This document shows positions 1 through 12,718 of a stretch of DNA of 64,000 nucleotides, piece after piece (position 1 is the stretch's first letter; each line of letters begins with the position of its first letter). The notes under the pieces were generated by a model. That model worked only from the letters and a program-made list of their open reading frames with translations. It searched no databases and was not told where the DNA came from. The DNA is from Protoeuglena noctilucae (taxonomy: Eukaryota), in NCBI GenBank assembly GCA_958009085.1, contig OY253683.1, positions 248,001-312,000 of the forward strand, read 5' to 3'. Made by a program: the position numbers and the translations under genes.

Positions 1-146
1 GTCCCGGCGCTGTTGCCCACGGCCACGCGGTCCCCTATTGCCATGCCTGACGGCATGCGCGCCCCAGCCTAGCAACTCCCGTCTTCGCAAGTGCAGGACC
101 AAAGTCATTTTCAACGCTGACACATCGGAATGCTGCTTCAGTGTTA

Positions 147-183
147 AGGGTTCTACCCTCTGGCGCTGCAGCACAGCTGGCCC
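147..183. repeat. 37-bp dispersed repeat, copy 1
   Basis: agggttctaccctctggcgctgcagcacagctggccc; 35/37 identical to 48977-49013. Confidence 0.8.
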
Positions 184-443
184 GCTCTAGAGCTTGCGGA
201 TGCCTTGGGATCGGTCTCTTCTCAATGGACCAGTGGACGAGTAGCGTATCTTCGCCGCCTACAAGGATGATGGACATCGACCTCGAGAACCCGTGAGCCA
301 GCAGCCCGTGTTATCCGAGCTAGAGCACCCGTAGTGCGGCCGTGGGGAGGTGTTTCCCCGTCTGGGGCAGAACCCGTATCATTCAGGGAGGATGCTGACA
401 CGTGCTGACACTTGCGATCACTTGTGGTCGCTCCTATTCAGTA

Positions 444-1645
444 TCATGCGCCCACACCCGGCCCGTAGAAGTCGACGGTCCTGTCGTTGAGGGGCTGCGT
501 GTTCCGGAAGTTGAGGTAGATACCGCGCTCCAGGCCCGAAGACTGGCCCACGTACCTCATGAACTGCAGGACCTGCCCCGCTGCAAGCACCGCACGAGGG
601 GCCTTCCGGGCATGTCATCTGGCGCTGGCCGCCGCAGGGCAAGCACTGCCACCACCCTCACCCGAGACCAACACGGGCTGCAGGTAGACGAACCACCTCA
701 CGCCTTGCGTGCATGGTGGCGTGGTCAGGGAACCCACGTACGCCGCGGCGGCAGAGTCCACGGGTAGCAGCGCCCGTGGATCGATGGCCCCGCCACCCCG
801 CGTGTCCAGTGTCGCTGCCCCATTCTTAGCCTGCACGGGCAGCACAACACACATGCAGGGCGTCGGTCCCAGAGACCCCGAGAGTGAGCTGGGTGCACAT
901 ATCCCATATGCTCAGCCCCGCACACCTGGTCCAGGGCCGCTTGCACGAACGCATTGGCCTTCGGTCCCTCCTCCAACAAAACGCCCACGACCGCCACGGT
1001 GCCGTCGTCAACAGCCTCGTGAACGCAGTGCGCCTCCATCACGTGACTCGTGCCCTGGACTGTGTGCTCTGACGGCACGTGGAAGTGGATCTGGCGTAAC
1101 CTGGAGCCATAGCAGCTGTCGAGCGTCAGGAGCGGGACGCGTGCTGCACCGGATGAGCGCCACGCTGCAGGGCTCACGACGTGATCGCGCCTCCTGAGCA
1201 TACGGCGGACTCACGTGAATGGGCTCCCGGCGATGAGAGTCTGTATTTCGTGCTCGAACGTGACCACAAACGTGCCGTGGCCCGAGTCCGTCACGTTGGC
1301 GCGCGAGGGGAGCCAGAGGTGCTGAAGCGGCACGTCTGGCCCCGCGTGATGGGCGTGACTCCCGCTGGGGTCCAAATCGATGGGACTCTGCGCCCTGCCC
1401 CCTCGGCACACGCCCCGCCACAGCTGCGGCCCTGCCAGGTGCCCGTAGCTCCACCCCTCCGCGTCTACACGACCGCGAAGGGCCTTGGCAGCATGCTTGG
1501 CACACACCATGCATGCGATGAGCACGAGAGCCCGCGAAACCCAGCGGAGGGCCGGGATGGCGGGCTCGGGCGGGGAGGCCTGCCCAGAAGGCTCGCCCTC
1601 CTTGCCCAGCACGGCCGCCTCTACATCTGAGGCTTCTGTCTTCAT
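444..1645 (-). CDS. Alpha-type carbonic anhydrase with an N-terminal hydrophobic segment (multi-exon)
   Basis: Spliced exons give GWSYG..GPQLW, QSPIDL, Zn-ligand motif QIHFHVPSEH, EAHCVH, GSLTTPPC and NFRNTQPLNDR; stop TGA at 444-446. Confidence 0.92.
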
Positions 1646-1966
1646 CTCATACTCGGCCTATCTGGGGACGGGTCGAGGAATGCGGGCCTAGCTTGAGCCG
1701 CTCAGGCCCTTCAACGTTGCGCCAGATCTCGCAGTGCCGCTGAGTCATGGATTCGCGCCGCCCTGCGCAGGTGGGTGTGCCGACATCAGACAGTCTTGAA
1801 TGGCGTGTGCATGGCCGCTGAGAAGTTTTTGCGTGCACAACAAATTTGCTTGGACACACACTGAACGCACGTGGCGGTCCCTGGGGGCGTGACGGATCTC
1901 AGCAACCTCGCGGATCGCCCGTAGTTTCCAAGACGTCGCTCAGGCTGGCAGAGGAGGCCCTGAAAG

Positions 1967-4005
1967 ATGGGGAAGCTCGCGGAGATTTTGAGCCATCCAC
2001 GTGAGCACGCAAAGCGCGCCGCGCCCGCCGCATGGCGCCATGTACGCGTGGGCCATGTCAGCAAGCATCTTGATGACCGGAAACAGCCGACACCATGTGG
2101 CAACGACTCGTCGGCGGCCTGGAATTCCCCCGCAGATGAGATCCCGGCCCTGGCACGGATGTGGTGGGCGAGCTACCTCGCCACGCGCCTGCCCTCCGAG
2201 CCCAACAAGGCATTTTGGTAAGCCCTTCGTCTCTCGACTCCTTGCGCGATTGTCGCAGGGGATGCGCGCCGACGTCGGCCCTCTCCCGTGCCCTCAGCTA
2301 CGGCATGCTGAACCGCGTCTCCCGCTCCTTCGCCATCGTCATCCAGCAGCTCCCCGTGGACCTCCGTGACAGCATTTGCGTCTTCTACCTCGTGCTGCGG
2401 GCGCTGGACACCGTCGAGGACGACATGGCCATCCCCGTGGCCACCAAGGTCCCCGTCCTGCGCTCCTTCTTCGAGCGCCTCTCCGATCCGGAGTTCAAGG
2501 TGCGCACCTTCGTAACGTACCCTAGCGCTACCGCCCGCGCCGCAGCTTTCTTCGCTCCGGGCAAGGGCGCCACCGGCACATCAATGACCTTCAGCCCCCG
2601 CTGTGCCCCGCAGTACCCCTGCGGCATGGGGCCTTACGTGGACCTCATGGACCAGTACCCCAAGGTGACGGCGGTGTACCTGACGCTGCCCCAGAAGCAC
2701 AGGGAGGTGATTGCCGACATCACGCGGCGCATGGGCAATGGCATGGCGGACTTCATCGAGTCGGAGGTGGTCTCTGAGAAGGACTGGGACCTGTACTGCC
2801 ACTACGTGGCTGGCCTCGTGGGCGTGGGCCTCTCCGACCTGTTCGTGGCCAGCGGCCTGGAGGGCAGCGAGTTCACCACGGACCGTGGGTATGCCCTGGC
2901 CAACGACATGGGCCTCTTCCTGCAAAAGACCAACATCATCCGGGACTACCTGGAGGACATTTGCGAGGAGCCCGCCCCGAGGTGCGCGGTTGTGGGTTGG
3001 GATGGGAGGCTGACAGTCAAAACATGATGAACCCCGGGTGGCGCTGCCACTGGGGTTGTCAAGCCATCCATCGTCTTGCCTCCCTGTGCGAGCAGGATGT
3101 TCTGGCCGCGCGACGTCTGGAGCAAGTACGCGAGCCGGCTGGAGGACTTCAAGGAACCCGGGAACATCGACGCGGCCGTCGGGTGCCTGAACGAGCTCAT
3201 CACCAGCGCGCTGCAGCACGCGCGCAAATGCCTGACCTACATGGAGGGCCTGAGGCACCCGTGGGTGTTCCGGTTCTGCGCCATCCCGCAGGTCATGGCC
3301 ATCGGGACCCTGTCGCTGTGGTGAGGGGCCGGAGGTGTCGGCAGGGTTGGGCGAGCTGTTCTGGTGGTCTTGGTGGCGTTAAGGTGCCCCGGCTGCTCAA
3401 GGAAGCCCCTTCCGTCAACTGATTGCAGCTACAACAACCCACAAGTGTTCAAGGGCGTCGTCAAGATGCGCCGGGGCCACACGGCGTCGCTGATGGTGTC
3501 GCTCGTCACGATGGTTGACGTGTACGGGGCCTTTGCTGGCTTTGCCAAGGACATCGCCGCGAGCTGCGAGGCTGGCGGGCTGCACAAGGTGACTTGTAGT
3601 GGCGCTGAAAGCTGCTGCAGCTGCGTGGGCAGCCTTGGCGCTCTCCTGCCTGAGCTTTAACAGCGACGAGATGGGTTGCCGCCGCAGACGGCCGTGGGGC
3701 AGCGGACGATGGCGACGTGCAAGGAGATTTTGGAAGCGTGCGCCAAGGGGACGGGGAAGGCGAGGAAGGCGCCCAAGGGCAAGGGCCAGGAGGCGGTGGT
3801 GCCGATGGCGTTGCGTGTGGCGCTGCTGGCCGTGTTCGGCGCGTACTTCGCGTACGCGTGGGGCTTGCCGGGCCTGCGTGGCACGCTGGTAGGGGCGGTG
3901 GGGCAGCCGTCGAGGTCGTTCGCACTCATGCAGCAAGCGCTGGCCACGGTGCTTCTGGCAGTGTTTGGCTACGTCGCCGTGACGGGGCGCCGCGTGTCTT
4001 TCTAG
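1967..4005 (+). CDS. SQS: Squalene synthase (multi-exon)
   Basis: Motifs [55 protein letters not shown]; hydrophobic C-terminal anchor; stop TAG at 4003-4005. Confidence 0.97.
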
Positions 4006-4100
4006 AGGTGCGCGGAGGGCTGCGGACGCGCCCAGCGTGTCTTTCCTTCCCCTGCCTTTCACACGTTGCGTAGAAGAGTGCGCGTTGGCGACGCATGCCG

Positions 4101-5503
4101 TCACGCCTTGGTCGCAACCCCGGTAGATGCGTGCCCAAGACTGAAGCGCGTTGCGGCCCCGACAGCTGCCCCGACGACGTGCCAGACGATGTAGGCGAGC
4201 CAGGTGGCGACGGACACGGCCGCAGAGAGCATCCCAATCAGCACAAGAATAGGGAGGGCGAAGACGAGAGCCCCCAGCAGCACCAGCACCACCACCGCGA
4301 GGGCGGTGTCAACCGCCCCGATGAGGGAGGACCTGCCCCGCGATGTCAGCACGGCCAGCACCAGCGCTGCGGTCCCCAGAACTGCGAGCGTGGGTCGGGG
4401 AACTGGGTGGCTGAGAGGGGGCCTGTGTTTGCCGTCTGACCTATGAGCTGCGAACGAAGTGCTTGCAGTTTAAACAACTCAACGCCGCTCGCTCACCTGT
4501 CAGGGCGACGCGCAGCTCCACCTCTGCCCACACGCTGACGGGCAGGTCCCCGGCCTGGTATGCCTCTCGCATCAGGCGAGCCGCCACCAGCAGATCTGCT
4601 TTCCGCTGCCGCACGAACGAGATGAACAGATTCACTGCAGCCACAAGGTACGCTGCGGGTCTCGAACCTTACGCGGGGCGCAGTGGCTTCCCCCACCGTC
4701 ACAACTGCTCACCGAACACGACCAAATAGCCCCAGGCGTCGCCGAACGGGATCACTTTCAGGAAGATGGCCTTCGTCCACGCCCAACATTGCCAAAACAG
4801 CGCCACCATATCCTTCGCCCTGCGAGGGGAAGGCCAACGTCTGTCAAGCCATGGCTGCCACATCTCCCCCGGCATCCCTGCCATCCGATCCGCGCCGCGT
4901 TACTGCGCACCTGAGGCCTAAGACCTCCAAGCTATCAAGGACCGACATGATTGGCCTTTCCAACCTCTCGCAAGCCCCAAATGGTCGTTCGCAATGCCGG
5001 AGGCCTCAGTGCTGCTGTGCTAGATGTGCTTTTAGCCTGGCGGTTGTCACGGACAAGCAAGTACCACATCTTTGCACATAAATTTTGCGAAGGAGGCCCC
5101 AGAGAGCCCGCCGTGCGGGGGCCTGACGCGACGCCAGAGCGTGCAGCTCCAGCGCTGGCGCCAGAAGCGTCGCAATCAGAGCCGAACAGTCGAACGCGGT
5201 GAACACATCGGTGCATGAGCCGCTGCTCTTGCCCGGAGTCAAGGCGCGGGTGGCGAAGGATTGTCGTTTGCACCAACACGCTCCTGGGGAGCCCTTGTTG
5301 TCGCAAGGCTTGGCGTGGCAGACGTTCAGCGAGTAGCTTGTAGTGCGACGATCGGCATCAGCAGGCCGAGTCTCTTCGCGGGGGGCCCGGCCCGGCAGCA
5401 CGCAGAACCAGCTGCTCTCGACGGGCGTAGCGCCTCGAAGGGGCGCGCGGGGCGCGGCGCCATGGACGCAGACGGTGCGTTGTTGTAGACCGATGGTACT
5501 CAT
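4101..5503 (-). CDS. Hypothetical membrane protein (exon structure and start uncertain)
   Basis: Protein-like minus-strand segments at 4441-4644 and 4101-4361; the latter has two hydrophobic helices (LAVVVLVLLGALVFALPILVLIG). No family recognised. Confidence 0.4.
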
Positions 5504-5592
5504 GGAGCTCTTGACGCGGTTGATGCAGCCGGGCGTCAGGGCCACGGCTGCCCCTGAAATCCGACGCAGGGCCGGGAAATGACGCCAAGAGG

Positions 5593-8500
5593 ATGGAAGA
5601 GCTGGATTTGGAGCTCGCGCGGAAGCTTCAAGAGGAACTCGATGCAGAAGCCGGCTTCCAAGGTGCCGCGGCAGCTGTGCTTGGGGACTGGGCAAACACG
5701 GGCGTTTGCGCACCTCCTCACCCGCCCAGCGGTTGGAAGCGGCAGTTTTGGTCACCCGTACGTTTATGTTTTGTCGTTGTGCGCGTACGCAGTGCGAACG
5801 CGGCGGATGCGCCAGGCGCCGGCCAGCACGACCCAGTCTATGCCGAGCACTGCGCACGGCCGGGACCCGGCGGCCGGGAAGGGCGCCCCAGAGACCTCCG
5901 CGTCTGCGCCAGCTGCGTCGGTTCGATTTCGGAGCAAGCCGAGCCAGAGCGCGGAGTCCCCGGTGAAGACTGAGGGTCGCGACGCGGGCCCGGGTTCAGA
6001 TGGGGACTCGGATGGGAGTGCCGATGAGAGCGAGGGGGCCGGCCAGCGGGACGCGGCAGCGCGGCGAGGTCATCGGAAAGCCGCGGCGCAGGCGGCAGAG
6101 AAGATGCGGCAGCAGCAAACACCGGAAGCGCCGGCGGCCAAGCCCGCGGCGTCGGGTGCTAGCGACGGGAAGGAGGAGTTGGGGACGCGGGCGGCGCCGG
6201 CCAAGCCAGTGTCCTCCAAACGGGCAGAGGCCGCGGACAGCGCTCGAGGGGCGCAGGGGGAGCCCGTTGCCCGTGCGGACCAACCCTCCGCGTCGGCGGG
6301 GCAGCCGGAAGGGCCGCCCCGGGGTGCCGGCAAGAAACAGGCGCAGGGCGGCAAGCCGCGGCACCGTGGCGACGGCAAGGCAGCCTCGCACCCGCCCGGG
6401 GAGGGCTCCGGCCGCGTGTCGTGCCCGGTGCGCGCCAACCCGATGATCCGCAGGGACGAGTACTGGTACCGCTGCCGCGTGGTGTCCTCGTCTGCCGAGC
6501 GCATCCTGGTCAGCTGGTGCGGGTACGACAACGTGTGGAGCGACGAGGTGGGAACGGCGGGTGCTTGGCGGGCGCGGCGAGGTCGTACTGGGGCCATGCG
6601 ACGAGCCTGGATGTGTGTGAGCCTTGACATGCCGCTCGTTCACTCGTCCCTCGCAGTGGCTCGACCGCACGTCGGACCGGGTCTGGCGAGGGTCGCACAA
6701 GGGCCGGCACTGGGAGTACATGGGCGGGGGCGCGTGGCGCCCCAAGCCCCGCGTCTACAACAAGGAGCCGACGCGGGCCGGGGGGCGTTCGAAGGAGGGC
6801 GGGACGGCGAGCACCGTGGACGAGGGCCCGGGGAGCCACCAGCCGACGCTGTCGGGCGCCACGCCGGACGGCGCCAGCGACGGCGAAGAGCTGGGGGCGG
6901 CGGCCGATGCAGGGACCGATGCGGGAGAGGCGTCGGAAAGGGCGGGGGCGCAGGGGACGCGGCGGCGCGCGGCCGGCCGCGAGGGGCAGCCGCGGGCGGG
7001 CGGGGACCGGGCAGGGGCGACGGCGGGTGGGCGGCCTGCGGAGGGGCAGGGGGCCTTTGAGGAAGGCGCGGGGCCGCCAAACGTGGGCAGCCGCGAGGAT
7101 TCGCAGGGCGGGAGCGCGGGGAGAGCGGGGCCAGCGCGGGGCCGGGAGTCCCGGCGTGGGCCTGCGGAGGGTGTTGCGGGTGCAGGTGCGGGTCGCGAGG
7201 GTCGGGCCCCCCGGGGCCACTCTCCCCGCTCCCGTGGCGTCAAACGCCCAGCTGAGGACCTGAATTCGGATATTTGGGGCGAGAGGGACGCAGAGCTCGA
7301 CAAGCCGGGGGTGGCGGGTGTCGTGGTCACTGCAGAGGCGGCGGCCGTGTCGATAGAGACGCGCCACCCGCACCAGTCGGCAGACGCGGAGATGAGCGAG
7401 GGAGCGGCCCGGCATCCCGCGGCGGTCGAGGATGGGGAAGAGAAGGGGCCGGCGCCGGGGCCGGCCGAGACGCGACGCGAGGTGCGGGGCGAGAGGGTGA
7501 GAGAGGCGGATGGGGCGCGCCCTGCCGCGTCTGGCAGAGCGGGGGACGGGCCTGGCGGGGACGGGGACGTGGCGATGGCCGCGAACGACGCGGACGGGCG
7601 GGGCGGGAGCGAGGGCAGCGATGGCGACCAGGGAGGCGGGGATGCGGACGCAGACAAGCGAGGGGAGGCGGAGCATGAGGGCGGGGCGGAGGAGGGGGCG
7701 GGGGAGGAGGGCGAGGGGGACGGGGGACGCACGGGGCACCCGAAGCGCGTGCGCCGGGCCAAGGTGATGTTCTCAGAGCTGGAAGAGGCAGCACCTGCAA
7801 CAGCAATGGGGGCGAGGAAGGCGCGCAAGATGGGTACGGGGCGGGGGGCGACGGGCGCGGCCGACGCGGGCGCGGCGCGGGTGCCGCGGGGGGCGTCGAG
7901 GCAAGGGGCCGCGGCGGAGGCGATGGCGGCGCTGGGGGTGGACGACGTTGGGCCAACGGAGGTGGTGGAGGCGGGGCGCGGTGGGGGGCGTGGGGCGGGT
8001 GCGGCGCGGCGTCGGGCCGGCGGGGGCCGGTGGGGAGCGGGGAAGGGGGACGTGGCGGGTGCGGGGGTGGCCGCGGAGGGTGTGGGTGGGTCGCCGACGG
8101 GTGGCCGGGGCAGGTGGGGCGAGCGGCGGGGCGGGCGCGGGGGCGGGCGGTGGGGCAGCCGGGCGCGGGCGGCGCGCGCGTGGGATGCGGAGGAGGGCGC
8201 GGAGGTCGCGGGCGGCGGTGTCAGCGAAGACGAGGACGACCTGGCTGCCGTGCTCGTGGGGATGGCCTCAGCCCCGATGGTGGACGACAAGGGCAGGGAC
8301 TGGGAGGGAGAGGGCCCGGAGGTGAGTCGTTGGCGTGTGCTGCGATGGCGACGAGTGGATTGCTGTTGCGCGGGCTGCGTGGCATGGACACCCGTGCCCG
8401 TGTGCGTTAGCGAGAAGACGTAAACTTTGGCCGCTGCGCGCAGAGCCCCGCTACTCACGAGCTGCTGGGGCGCGGGCAGAGTGGGAGGCGGCACCCGGGT

Positions 8501-9273
8501 GGTCGCGGGCTGAGGGATGCCTCTGGGGGGTTTGCCTCGCATCAGCCCCGCGGTGCGTCGCGTGTCTCTCGCCACACGGACGAACGCACAGACGTCGCGG
8601 CTTGGGAGGACCCGCCCGCTCCCTCCCGCCACGGCGTGCCGGGATTCCGAGGCGAGCGCTGCGCTCTGACGACCGCTGGCTCCTGTGCGCTTGATCTGAG
8701 ACCCCAAAGGGGCATCGGGAGGGGCCAGGCACGCATGTGCATATCATGAGCCCTGGGCAGACGCGTCCAATCGCTTCCCCCGCGCCGCAGGGATGTCGGC
8801 CGCGCCCCGTAGGCTCCCTGGCGTTCCGCAGCTGATGGAGGAGTTGGATCAGGCGGAGGGTCCTGCCATTGACCACATGGTGGGTCCTCTGGCCAGACAC
8901 CACGTGGCGATGGTGGCGGCCATGTCCAGGGACTTTAAGGCCTCCGAGAGCCCCCTGCCCGCGACGAGGGTGCACGCAGAGCTGCTGCAGGTGCGTGCGT
9001 GTGGCGTGTCGTGGGGCCGCGTCGCACAAACTGGCACGGACGCTGGCAGGCTCTTTCGTCCCGTCGCATTGGCCACCGCGTGACGTCGTCTGTTTGTCTG
9101 TATCCGCGCAGTGCCCGGCGGAGGCGTTCCGAGTGGACGGAGCGCAGATGGCCCAGCTGGTGACGCCGCTGATGGGCCCTGCCTCCGGGACGCTGCTGCA
9201 AGGCTCATGCTCGCTCCGAATCCTCTTCCCGCCCGCGCCTCCCGTGCCTCCGCTGCCGCTTTTCCAGCATTAG
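5593..9273 (+). CDS. Large, mostly low-complexity protein with an N-terminal MIU-like helix and a Tudor/Agenet-like barrel
   Basis: Exon 1 reads MEELDLELARKLQEELD; spliced segment DEYWYRCRVV..ILVSWCGYDNVWSDE|WLDRTSDRVW; a long G/A/E/R-rich exon at about 6657-8321; last exon ends with TAG at 9273. Confidence 0.6.
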
Positions 9274-9426
9274 CGCGGCGCGGGCGCCTCATCGGCATTT
9301 GAACGGACGCGCATGTGAAATTCTAACCCTAGCGTCAGGTGCCAGCGCAGCAGAGAGCGACCGAATGGTCGCCGCACGACGCAATTCCCGTTTATCGCCG
9401 GTCGCGTGACGGCAACGCCGCCCAGG

Positions 9427-10960
9427 ATGCCCAGGATGTCGTCCCTCTTTCGGGACGCTGGGCCGGCAGGGGCGGGCAGCCCATCTGACCTCCTCCGTCT
9501 GTTGCCGGGCTCCCCGCACAGCGTGCGTACGTCACGCTGGACGTGGAAGCTGGAGGAATCGGAGTCCTTGTTCCATGGCGACCAGATCGCAACAGCTACC
9601 TATCCGCTGAGCCCCAATGGCCCGCTCATCCCTTGCCTCTTGTTCCCCGGTTTCCTGATGTCCCCGACGTACTACGCCCCGTACATGAAGGCTCTGGCCA
9701 GCCTGGGTTCCTCGTTGTGGCGGTGCCGGTGCCGCGGTCGTCCCATGGCCCCGCAGCCGTCGCCGTCATGAGAGCGCTAATGGCTCAAATCCGGATGCGG
9801 GCTTGCGAGATCCCAGGTGAAACCACTCTCATGGCGGTGGCATGGCGGCGCGATGGAGCGGAGGTTCGCGTGAGGCGTGCCTCCGCCTACCCGCGTGCAG
9901 CACGTGGTCTGCATTTGGTACTGTTCTTCGCCCCGATTTGCGGGGTGTTCAGGGCGCGGATCGTTTCATATGTTGCGAGTTGATTCAAGTGTCGTTGCCT
10001 CCGAGCTGCCGGCCGTCTCTCGCACCTGCCGCAGAGTTGGCGGGCGCCCCATGGAGCGACCATGCCGTGGCTGTGGGACACGGTTCCGGCGCCCAGGCGG
10101 CGGCGCTGGCTCTGTTGGGGGACCAGGACAGTCCGGTCGTGCAGGCGGCGTGCCTCCTCGACCCGGTGGACGGCCTGCCCTCCCGGCCCCGGCAGGCAGT
10201 GCGCGACGTGCAGGACGCCCTGTCGAACCCTGCGGTCCTCGGCAGCGCCGACGAGAAGCGCGCGCTGCGGGCGGCGCTGGAGGCCATTGCGCAGGGCCTG
10301 CCCGAGGAGGAGGAGGAGGGCTCCGGGTCACCTGTCCTGCCCCTGCTGGCGGCCTCCCGTGAGATGGCGGCGAATGTGGCGGCATCGCAACGCGCTGCGC
10401 TCCAGGTCGGCCTTGCATTGGCGAGGCTCCTGTCCCGGACGCGCCACTCACCGCGCGCATCGACGCTCGCTGCGCAGGTCCGCCCCTGGCCATCGTGGGC
10501 GGGGAGCGTTCACCGCTGTGGAACCCGTCGGGCCGCAACTGGCGCGACTTCGCCGATGCGGCTGGCCCCGGGAGTCGCGTGCTGGAGCTTCAGGCCGGCC
10601 ACGGCCACTTCGCCAAGCCCGACAGCCCGGTACTGGAGTTGGCCATCAGGTGCCTGCTGACTGCATGACGAGTGTACGGCCAGTGTACGGCTTGTGCATG
10701 GCTGCAGCAGCCACTGCAGTATGTATCAGCCATTTCCCTGTGAGCTTGTTTTAGTTCGCTCTCGCAGGTACGCCTGCGCCCCGTTCATCTTCACTCCAAA
10801 CGACTCCGTGATTGAGGCCACCGTGCCCGTCATGCTGGGGTGGTTTGAGGAGAGACTCCGCCCTCCTTTCACGCTCGGGGCCAGCGGCATGGACGACGCC
10901 TACCGCGACCTCCGCTGTGGGCCCATGCGCGTCACGTATCGTGTGACGCCCGAAGAATGA
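9427..10960 (+). CDS. Chlorophyllase-like alpha/beta hydrolase with an apparent 1-nt frameshift and no canonical nucleophile Ser (possible pseudogene or assembly error)
   Basis: LLFPGF..YY..LASLG/GFLVVA, AVGHGSGA, LLDPVDG and AGHGHF resemble chlorophyllase-family motifs; reading frame breaks at 9705-9707. Confidence 0.7.
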
Positions 10961-11435
10961 GGCAAAGCCGTGATCGCCGGCGCCGATCTGCACCTTCCAA
11001 CGCCCCGTCATCTTCCGCGTCACGCCTGAGGTAGGGTCCTGACTGGCGGCACCAGTCCGCCCCAGCCTGACCCTCCATGGACCCTCGGCTGCGCCCTAGT
11101 TGACAACCCAGTCTCCATGTTTGCGGACCCGGACCCGGACGAAGCCCCTCCCTCATGTACTTGAGTGGCTCCCTTGCTTCATTCCCCACACGTTGCGGAT
11201 GGCCTGGTCTTGCCCCGTGGCCACCGCCAGCCGAATGGCCCACTAGCATGCATTCGATGCCTAATACCTGTGTCATGGCGTGCTGCCAGCGTGAGTTACT
11301 CGTCGATGCGTGCGACGTGCTGAGAGCGTTCAACGATGCGTGGCCAGCACAAGAGCGGGGCGTCAGACGACATAGGCCCCGGGCCCAGGGACGGTGGCGT
11401 TCTCGGGCTGAGGGAACCTGGCTCTGCGAGGAAGG

Positions 11436-12718
11436 TCATGAGAACACTGTGTGAGTAATTGTATTACCCTGCTGGGGTACTGGTGATACCGCAGCATCAC
11501 TGACGCATGCCATGCGCGGCTCGCACCCGATACTGAAGCGCCACGAGGGGTAGGTGCTCTTGGTTGACAAGAGCTGCTTCCCCAGCGAGTCCGACACGCG
11601 GAGCTCCGTGGGCTTCCTCGTCAACGCCTCCTCCCTCAACAGCGCGCTTAGAGAGTTCTCGTCCTCCCCGCGCGCCGACCGACTGCGAGTGACGCGAGAA
11701 AGGGAGCGTTGGTTGCGGCAAATGCGCTGGCTGGCCCTTTCCACCTCCGAACGCTCGGCTAGGCCTAGTCAGAATGTGGTTTTCAGCACACACGGCCTAT
11801 CAGTCATATGGTGATCACGGCGCTCACCCGAACGAGTAAGCGGGCCGGTTGATGGCGGCCCCTCGGTCTGCGGCGTAGTCTCCCGGTCCCGGCATGTCCC
11901 CCGCGCGCTTCTCCTCCGGGTTGGGCTTCCGCGGGTCCGTGGCCCGCAGCTCCCGGCCAAACGAGTAGCCCGGGAGGGTCGCCTTGGAGTCCACTTGCTT
12001 TCCAATGCCTGGGTAGGCCCGGTAGGACCCGGGGCCCCTGCCTTCCCTGCAGTAGAAGCCCTCCTCCATGCCCTTGTGGCACACGCGGTTCTCCCTCTGC
12101 AAGGGCCAGGGCGGTCGCATGTGAGGCGCCGCCGCCCATGTGAGCGCGTGCTGCGGGCGGCCCTGTGCGCCACGATGTGAGCTTCGCAGCCCTCCGAGCG
12201 GCACCTCAGAGAATCCGAACGGGGCGGTTCCCGCGTGGATCTTGGTGGAGAGGACGTGGCCGACGTCGCGCGTCCGGTACTGCCCCGGCCCTGGCAGGCG
12301 CCCGTCCGCGCTGTCGAAGCGGGTGCTGTGCGAGAAGGAGAACGGACCCAAGGTGCGCTTCTCCGACTGCGGCTGGGACCCCATCGCGCCGCCCTTGGGG
12401 TACTGCCCGGGCCCGGGCGTCCACACGGGGATCTGGCTCGCGCTGTGCTTCTTGGTGATGAACTGGGTGTTTTTCGGGTCGAATCGGGACGCGGAGCCGA
12501 AGCCGATGGCCGGGGAGGACCGCTGCGGAGGGCGGGGAGGGCGCGAGTGGCGCTGAGAATGGCGAACGAGCCGCGACCGTGCCGTGCATGGGCCTACGCG
12601 AGGCACTTGCCTTGATGGACTCGACTTGGGGACCCATCTGCGGTCTCCGACCCCCGACGGCCTTGAACGCGGGCTCGAAGGTCCGGTCGCGCCGGCGGGT
12701 GGGGCTCACGGGGTCCAT
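11436..12718 (-). CDS. STPG/SHIPPO (sperm-tail PG-rich repeat, ODF3-like) axonemal protein; may have further upstream exons
   Basis: Repeated PGPG[Q/D]Y motifs (TPGPGQY, LPGPGQY, GPGSY, MPGPGDY) alternate with P.[Y/F]SF motifs. Confidence 0.8.

Noticed and set aside
6755..8707. 650-aa minus-strand ORF
   Set aside because: It is a P/A/S-rich antisense shadow of a GC-rich exon; stop codons are rare at this GC content.
444..10960. Metabolic gene cluster (carbonic anhydrase, squalene synthase, chlorophyllase-like)
   Set aside because: The genes share no coherent pathway and are interspersed with unrelated genes.
11033..11056. Partial similarity to the 37-bp repeat (agggtcct..actggcg)
   Set aside because: The match is too short and gapped to distinguish from chance.
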